DNA of 64,000 nt from Ophelia neglecta. Lineage: Eukaryota. The notes beneath the pieces are model-generated. The model saw nothing but the letters and a program-made list of their open reading frames with translations. It had not been told where the DNA came from and ran no database searches. The DNA lies in assembly GCA_965285935.1 (NCBI GenBank), contig OZ260664.1, positions 85,870,001 to 85,934,000 of the forward strand, read 5' to 3'. The translations under genes and the position numbers were made by a program. Shown piece by piece: positions 55,601-64,000 of the stretch (position 1 is its first letter; each line of letters opens with the position of its first letter).

Positions 55601-58600
55601 TTTAGAACTTGCAGCGCAGTTAGAAAAGAGGGCAGAAATGCCGACCCATACTTCTTTTAGCAAAGATAAATCCATTGTTTTTGTTTTCGGTGGCATGGGC
55701 ACTCACTGGTCTGGGATGGGAATGCAACTCATTCAATGTGAGAGGGTTTTCCGTGAGAAAATGGAAGAGATTGATTCCATTATACAGCAGTGCGAAGGTT
55801 GGGGGCTCCTTAGTGCAATACAGACTGGTAGCGATCTGTCTGACCCAACCGTAGGTCAGCCAGCTATCTTCGCTATTCAGGTTTCTTTGGCCACTCTTTG
55901 GAGGTCTTGGGGCGTCCTTCCCCGTGCTGTGATTGGCCTCTCCGTTGGAGAAATTGCCGCAGCTCACATTGCGGGTAAACTTAACCTCTCCGATGCAGTC
56001 AAGGTGATCTGTACTAGAGGCAAGCTCCTCAGCCAAGTAACTGGTGGAGCCATGCTTGTCATCGGGAACATGGACGTTTCCGCTGTCAAATTGTACATTA
56101 GTCAGTTTGGTGGCACGGTTGAAATAGGTGCACAAAATAGTCCAATAACCTGCACCATATCTGGCGATGAAAAACAAATTGATGCAATCCACAACGAGCT
56201 GAATTCTTTGAAAGCGACAGAAAACCCTCGCTTGTTTCTCAGAAAACTTCCGGTCAATATCGCCTTCCATAGCCATTTTATTGATTCGATTGTACAGCCT
56301 TTAGGAGAACAACTCGCACAGCTATCCGAAGCACATCTTGAGAATTCCACCGACATCATCTCATCAGTCTCTGGTAAAAAGGCAAGTACTGGGGATTTCA
56401 CTACAGCACACTACTGGCAAAAGAATGCTCGACAAGGGGCGGTGTTCTCTCAAGGTTTACAAACACTTACAAAAATGGTTAAGAATCCTATTTTCATCGA
56501 GATTAGCCCTAAACCTGCTTTAGGACGCAACATCACTGAAACTCTTAACGGTCAGCCGCCTTTAATAGTCCCATCGATGAAAGAGAATGAAGAATCAAGA
56601 ACGATTATAAAATCGCTGGCCGCGATTTATGCAAGTGGGGTTAACATTGCATGGAAGTCATTTTGGGGTAATGTCAAAGCGGAAATATCAACTTTCCCTC
56701 GATATCAATACCAGAGAAAGAGACTGTATAACGAAACTAAATCCGTTACAAAATGGCGATTGGGACAAAATGGAACAGATTGTCACAGTACACGTGAACA
56801 TGACACTGGCTTTCTTGTGCCAGAGGGGGAGGGTTGGCTCTGTCTGATTAACAAAGAAACAACGCCTTTTGTTTACGACCATCGACGCACCGGGAAGCCA
56901 TTAGTTCCCGCTGCAATGTATGCCGAGATCGGTTTGTCAGCATGTATTGCTACTTTGCAAAACAAGACCCATTTGAAAAACAGCACCACAAATGTTTCAC
57001 TAGTTAACGCACTTCACATAAATCAGGAAGATGCAGAATCCAAAATCCATGTTTTAGCTGACCAACAACCTGAGATGCCATGCAATTACTTGCGGTTCTT
57101 TATTAAAGGAGGCTCAATGCTGCTGGCAGAAGGTGATGTTCAGTTTCTCCAAGAAGAAGATACTGGTGATATATTTGACATTGAAGCCATCAAAGTAAGA
57201 TGTGCTGAGTACTTTGAAGCTGAACACTTATATGACCTACTGGAAACGCACAAATACACATATGGTAAACGTATGCGAGCTGTGGAAGAAGGTGTCAAAA
57301 ACAAGACTGAGTGCTTGACAAAAATTGTCCTCCCTAAGGACGTCCATCATGAGAGGAGGGGTGTTATCATTCATCCAGCCATTTTGGACTCCTGCTTTCA
57401 ACTGGTCGCCTTGCTGATTTCCCAGGACGCTCGGAAATCCCTGGCTGTTCCAGTCGCGCTCCATGGACTGAAAATACTAGGTGACCCTATGAATGCAAAA
57501 TGGATTTACATGAAGGTTATTTTTAAAACTAAATCCCAGTCAGAGTTTTCTGCGCATATCCTAGATATCAATGGCCATGAGCTTGCAAAAGCTAGTCGCA
57601 TTATCATTAAATCTATCGATGAGGTTTTGCTGCAGAATCCGTCTGAACTGCGTTACATGCAAGGTTGGATACTAACGAAACGTGACGCAAAAAAGGACCA
57701 GACTAATGATTATATAGATGAATCAGCCAAGAACACTAACATATGCCATATCTATGCCAACAGTGAGTTGAACCGAGATGTGACCACATCGTTAACAGGG
57801 CAAGGGGCTTGCGTAACGCCGATTGCGTGTCGTAATATCACAAGTGACATTGAGAAATGCTTCATAGAAGTTAGTCCAAAGGCCATTTTGTTTTCCATGG
57901 CTATACGCCCACAAGCTGCCACTCAGTTCACTGAACCTGACCTGGCAGTGTCCGAGGAATGTTGCTGGTGTCTCATGAACATTTTAAAGTATTGTTTGAA
58001 ACGCAAATACATCCTACCAGTATTTGTACTGACCAAGCACGTTTATTTGCGACAAGACCAGGCACCTTGGGCTCAGCTGCATGATTTACCACAACTGAAT
58101 GCCAACTCGAGTCTGATAGGCTCCGCACTGTGGGGTTTGGCCAGAACCGCTGTTCGTGAGGGTCTCCGAGTCATCTGTATTGACATGATTCGCTGTAACC
58201 TAGAAGAAATCAACAAAGTTTCTTCTCTGGTAATGAGCGACACAATGCCTTACCCTGAGTGGGTTCTCGCTGATTATTATTCATACAGAAATGAGTTTCT
58301 ACCCTACATGGGACCACCCGCTCACAACCATAGAGTCATACCCATGCGACATGACGATGTTGTACGGATTGTGTCTAAAACTAGTCATGGAAGTATAACA
58401 GTTCAACAAGATGTTGTGGAACTAAAGCAGGAAGACACACATGGACATGTTAAAGTAGTTAGTGCCAGACTCCATGATAACAGCTGGTTTCCTTCTTACT
58501 GGAATGACAATCCTCATGACGCGTGCACCATTAATGACGAGGCTCAGACAATATTGGCTTTGGATTACACGGCAAAGATGTTGAATCCTGATAGGCAAGG

Positions 58601-61600
58601 CGAATTTTTCGGCTGTCAGCCCATACCACTCGTGGAAGTAGCTCATGTAGATAGCAGAACGCTAGTTCCTGTATCGTTGCTCCCCAGCGACCAGCCAATG
58701 CTTTCCCTCTGGCTTGTTTCTTGGGATGTTTTACACAAACACGCCGCCGGAATTAATCACATTCGGGTTCACAACCTGGCTAACTGGCATATTCTGGAAT
58801 ACTGCATTAAGTCTGTTGCACAAGCTCTGACCTTTAGCGTTGAAGAAGACACGTCTGTTATTGTACCATTAGCAATAGTCTTCGCATGTAAGAACATGGC
58901 GCCCAAAGCGTTACATTCCATATTGCAAACCTCGGAAAAGGCAATAGTTATAACATCAGATGCCAATTTGAGAGTTGTCTGTGGATCATTAATGGACGAA
59001 GGGCATTTTAGAAATGTAACTTTCTACAACCATGTAGATTTATTTGTGCCCCATCAATTGGTTGAGCTGGTCCCAAATTTCAAAGCGTGGCTGCTAAAAT
59101 GCCCCCTTCCCAAAATTCCACTGCAATGCAAAGTCATTAAGCCAAAGCCAAACGAACTGCGAGAAGGCTTTGTTATTAATGGAATAAAAAACCAAGGGAA
59201 CAACATTGTTATGGAATTACCACAGAGAGACATTAGTACAATTCCAAGAATTACTTACCAAACACAAACTCTGTTCAGATCAAACGGTTGTTACATTTTG
59301 GTGGGTGCCAACAAAGGGCAGGGGTTAGCATTTCTAAAGCAAATGGCCGCACTTGGCGCTGGTGTTCTGATTGCTTTGTCACGAACTCCACCTACGAAGG
59401 CAGTATTTGAAGAATATGAGCTCATGTCAAAAGAAAACAATGTTCAAATTCATTGGGTTCAAACCGACGCTACAGACAAGAACAGTCTCATTGAGGCATT
59501 CCTCACCATTGACAGGCTGCGCGGAAAATGCCCTATAAGAGGGATATTCCAAGGAGCTGTAGTTCTCGCTGATGCGTTGGTGCAGAACTTAACATACGAA
59601 CAATTTGTCTATGCTTACAGGGTTAAAGTGCATGGCACATTTTACCTCCACTCTCTTACACAAGATATGGAATTGGATTACTTCGTGTTGCATTCATCCA
59701 TCACTGCTATATTAGGGAACATAGGACAGACAGCGTATGGGGCTGCAAATGAATTTATGAATTGTTTTGCTAGTTACCGGCGGTCTATTGGTCTCCCTGG
59801 CCAAAGCATCAATTGGTCGCCTCTTAAGTATGGGGTTATTCAGTGGAATACAGCTGCAAAGCGTCATTTAATGTCTGTTGGCATTGTTCCTTTAGAGAAT
59901 GATGAAGTGTGGTATTGCATGAAACATGCCTTGCTAGGCGATCTTACATACGTGACCTATGGCAAATTTGACCTGGAAAAATTGATAACTAAGGGTCACC
60001 AGGAAGCCTTTGGTATTTCAAGTAGACTGATATTTCTTGCCACAACTGCCTCTCTAAAAAGGAACGATCCCATAGACTCGCAAGTTATGTCTATCAATCT
60101 GTCCAAAATGGCTTCTGAAGCACAAGCGTCCAAATCAAAATCACAGTGTTATATTGAAGACATTATATCTGAACAGTTGTCAATCAGTTCACAAGAACTT
60201 GCTGGTAGCCACGCATTACCATTGGCCGATTTGGGATTCAATTCAATGGATGCGGTATATGTTGCTAGTAAAATTCAGCAAGATTTCAACATCCACATTG
60301 ACACCGATGGAAACTCTAGTATCGATAGTATGACAACTGATTTGTGGTCTAAGTTTGAAGGTTTGCAGACAGAGTCAACTGATGCTAAACCGTTTGGGCC
60401 ATTTGAACAGCGAATATTGCAACTTGTTCAGAACTCGGCCATGTATCGCCGTCACATGTCAAGCTTCTTGACGTTAGAGATTACAAACTGTTTTTTGAGC
60501 CCAGACTCCTTGGTAGATATGATGAAGGGCATCATTGAAAAGCTACCACATTTGAGGACTTCCACCAGAATTAACCATGAAGGCCGAGTTACCTTGATCA
60601 GGAGAAGTGTAGACAGTATTAACGTTCAAGCTGCGAGCGTAACAACTATATCCCTGGCTAAGATGCGAAACCATCTTATTTTTCTTGCAAACGATCTCAA
60701 TGTCTCGACGGAAACACCTTTTAAAGTCCAGGTTCATAACAGTTACGACAATCACCAGAGTATGTTCCTGGGAATGGTGTTTCACCGGGTTGTGGATGAT
60801 TGCCACACAATTCACCAGATCTTGAGTTTACTGATCAACGCCATGCAGCGCAAACCCCAACCTCTACCATTATACATGGTCAAGGATGATGCATATCGAA
60901 TTCAGGAAATAGTTGCTGAAAGATATTCAGAATACTTTTGGCGCCACGTCCTTCCAGATATGTATGAGATAGTTAAAATGCCGCAATGCTTTTTCCATTC
61001 ATCAGATAATAGTGAGAAATTTGACGGTAGCATGTTCAAAGTGCTGCTTGATGGTCGCAGCTATGAAAGCGCGTTAGATGCCTCAATGACTGCAGAAGTC
61101 AGCTTGAATCAGTATGTGTTGGCTTTGTTCCAGCTGTACATTCATTTCTGTTCTGACGCAAAAGTTGTTATAGTTGAAATGACTATTGATATGCGTGAAA
61201 TTTTACCTAAGGATTTCCGCGATTACTCCGGAAACTTGGACAACGAACTGCTTGTTGTTTCAACAATTGATCCCTCTATTAATTGTCAAACAAGACTATT
61301 GCAGGCACAGGTATTTGAACAGTGCAAACATATTCAAAAATGTGTCCAACATGGACTTTTCCCAAACCAATCAATGCTTGATATGATCCAATTTCCAGGC
61401 AGTAATTCAGGTAAATCGGTCCAATTCGCCTTTGAGTATCGCCAAGGCCACGAAACATGCGATGCAACTGAACTAATGGACATGGATGTGAGAGTGGTGG
61501 AAATTATACCTTCCTCTGTTGGAAAACAAACTCTGAAGTTGTATGTTGTTGAGAACAAGTCAGCTAAACAGCTTGAGCTTTATCTATTATCTGGCCCAGG

Positions 61601-61757
61601 CTATTTTTCAGAGTATGGTGTCAAAGCCTTTGCCACAGGTTTCCAGGCATTTTTAAATAACTGCTCGCTAAGTATGCAGCGTCCACTCAAAGAATTCAGT
61701 GTAGCTGTGGAGAAAGAACATGGAGGTGTTTTGACAGTGACAACTGACACCATTTAA
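46690..61757 (+). CDS. Type I iterative polyketide synthase, copy B, apparently intact, about 2556 aa (KS-AT-DH-psiER-KR-ACP-C-like)
   Basis: Exons 46690-46898, 49295-49455 (DPQQK), 52574-52777 (DTACSAG), 53691-53872 (DGYARGEG), 53989-54163 (EAH/G), 55018-61757. All introns are GT-AG and the total of 7671 nt is in frame. KS Cys-His-His present; AT GLSVG and IAFHS; [12 protein letters not shown] and HPAILD; KR VLAD and YGAAN; ACP GFNSM; terminal domain FHRVVDD. Confidence 0.95.
48668..49138. repeat. ~37-bp minisatellite, about 12-13 diverged units, in PKS-B intron 1
   Basis: Approximate consensus TGTAACGCGTCTATTCGAGACCTATAGCCTATGGTAC, repeated head-to-tail without spacers. Confidence 0.9.
49990..51640 (+). 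mobile_element. 5'-truncated, frameshifted L2-like LINE in PKS-B intron 2
   Basis: RT motifs split over three frames ([37 protein letters not shown]; stop at 51371). The 3' end has a GTAAAGCGC...GCGCTATATAA stem-like motif followed by CATAA(A/T) repeats. Confidence 0.9.
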
Positions 61758-64000
61758 TTTACTACACGATGGCAATAAAGCCTAAGAAAAAGTTTAGTTT
61801 GAGTAATACATTATATTCCATTAAAGGAACTTTGTTTGGTATATGTTTATTTAAGCAAAGCAATTATGATAGATACATTAGGCATTGAATACAGTTCAAG
61901 GCAAACGTGCTTGTGTTCCAACACGACTTGTGTTTAACAGTTTAAATTATAATCTAGAGAACTTAAAATAAAGTTTTTACGGGTCAACCCATGACACACA
62001 TCGGAGCATGATACTGTGGTGCTAAGATCCTGCATTTCAATGCCCAGCATATTTGTATGGATAGAATAACTGACCAAGGACGCTAAAAATGGCTGGATGT
62101 GTTCTGCGCGCCGCCCTCGCATTTACTTATATAAACCTATAATAATATAATTGATTATCGTGTTTGCTAATATGAGAGTTTGCGCGTGGGAATAACAATC
62201 ACTTTTATTTACTTTATTTAGAGTCTTTTTTACACTATTTATTCCTTTCTTTTGACTCCTTTATATATTTTGCAATCTAATACTATAGAATAAATAGAAA
62301 AAGTCAACCTATTGTAACAATGGAAAATGGCATTAAAGTCAAGAGTGTTGACTTTTTGGTGTTTCTGTTTTTTGATGAAGTGTATGGCTTTAACATCATT
62401 ACCTCATACACTTTAACAGTTTGTATCGGGAATAATTTTCTCCCTTCAGCACAATTTTTCCAGTAAACATTATAATTGTATCATTTATTTTGTATATTAT
62501 TCTTGATAAATATTACAAAAAATCTTGTTAAACCAAATATGTCACATTTTTGTTCCTTATCTCGATGTTGTATTCGTGTATAATGGTATTAGCCTCAACA
62601 TAGCAGCAAAACGTTCATAAACCATTTTGCATTTTTTCTGCACATCATGTCTTATTATATTATACCTATCAACATTAAAGTAGAGCTATTTTGCTAATTT
62701 GAATAGCATGTTATGGAAAAAGAAAGCCGAATAAATGTCGATATTTGTATAACCACAGAAGTGGTGCATTTATATCTGAATATTAGTTAATTAGTCTTAC
62801 AAGGCATGCTCTCGACGAAACAAATGAACCATAAGCTCATACAGCGCCATCTATGTTATGCTCTATCAATGTTAAATCGACAATATTGTATATTGTTGTC
62901 TTATTGATCAATAAAATGATATTTAACCCTTATTTTGTCTTTTCCTAATCTTATGATGACTAAAATCGCCATTATATTACTAGGTTGAATAAAACGCATA
63001 TTTTGAAAGGTGTTTTCTGAAATATATCTGAGAACATAAAGCCAGAATTATGGATTTTCACATTTGATATCGAAAGTGTAACCTAGAGTAATTCATGGCT
63101 CCATGAATTTCATAGGTTGCGAAACTATTTTTCGGTCGCTGCCAAAGTATAAGTTGTAAACGGTATAGACTTATGAGAGGTTCCAAATGAAAATGCCCGT
63201 GAATTAAAGTCATAATTGGAACCTTAACGAATGTTTTCCTCTGTGATGCTGATATTTTTATAGTTTGTAAAATGGGGATGAAATACCGCCAGACACTCAA
63301 AATTCAGTTATCCAAACTTGTTTTTTAAAATTGGTCAAAAGTTAGGGAAACCGTCACCTGCAGACCAACAAGTTTTCTGTGGTTCATAATTGATTCCCAG
63401 ATTTGTGATATTCAATACGATTGTGACGATAAGATTAAATAAAAGTAAAGAAACATAAAACTGTTCCCATGAAGTTTCCCATGAATATACATGTAGTTTA
63501 TTTACCAATGGGTGAGCACCTCGTACAGAGCTGCATTTAAACACTACTTAAACCCTTTCGATTAAAGGTGTATAATGTTTTAATGTTTTGGTAACTTTCG
63601 GCTCTTGCTTCACCTTATCCGTAATTCCGGAATTAATTTTTAAAAAGTACCTGAATAGTACACTGGGTCAGTAATATATCTATGTTAAGGAGCGGGAAGG
63701 TAATCAATGGCGTCACAATGCTATATGACATCAGTGGTATTTTTGAACTCTGTAAGCTGGAATAGATATTTAATAATAATCCTATATCAATAAACCGCTT
63801 CAATAAAACGTTCAATAAGTAAAATTTTCCTTTTTAAATGACCACTGAAACTTTTATTTCACAAATTCACAATGCACATGACCGTACCGAATTCCCATCG
63901 CCGAATCCACCCTTCCTTTCTATGTATAAAATCTACCACCTTCGAATGAAATAATTCAATCTTTGCATAAATATGTTCAATTAAAAGCATTCTTACAGAA

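Noticed and set aside
55620-56276. Antisense ORFs within PKS and LINE coding regions (for example the 218-aa ORF here)
   Set aside because: They are shadow frames of real coding sequence with no recognisable motifs.
18066-61757. Bacterial or fungal contamination, or recent horizontal transfer of the PKS genes
   Set aside because: The genes have kb-scale spliceosomal introns containing animal-type LINEs and are interleaved with 17-exon ABCG genes. An ancient transfer cannot be excluded without phylogeny.
131-61757. Cassettes A and B as haplotype-duplication assembly artefacts
   Set aside because: The introns do not visibly align and the proteins differ at many positions, far beyond allelic divergence.
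61758-64000. A third ABCG copy downstream of PKS-B
   Set aside because: No sequence resembling the ABCG last exon (W.LWKNE.AL) is visible. One could lie beyond the window.

Overview
AT-rich, intron-containing animal DNA, probably invertebrate; the taxon cannot be determined from the sequence. The window holds two tandem copies of one two-gene cassette. Each cassette is a minus-strand ABCG2-like half transporter (17 coding exons) placed head-to-head with a plus-strand type I polyketide synthase (6 coding exons). The PKS architecture is KS-AT-DH-degenerate ER region-KR-ACP plus a C-terminal condensation-like domain, with no thioesterase. Cassette B (ABCG 30115-42281, PKS 46690-61757) splices into intact ORFs of about 645 and 2556 aa with GT-AG introns throughout. 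Cassette A (ABCG 131-~9184, PKS 18066-28349) has the same exon layout, but both of its genes carry lesions as assembled: frameshifts, a lost splice donor inside the KS EAHGTGT motif, and an 11-aa AT deletion. The layout suggests an animal biosynthetic gene cluster (synthase plus exporter) that duplicated as a unit. The window also contains three L2/CR1-type LINE copies (one long ORF with a 2A-like StopGo motif and a mutated YAED RT motif), MITE-like elements, a 37-bp minisatellite and microsatellites. Exon coordinates were derived by hand from splice signals and cross-copy comparison.
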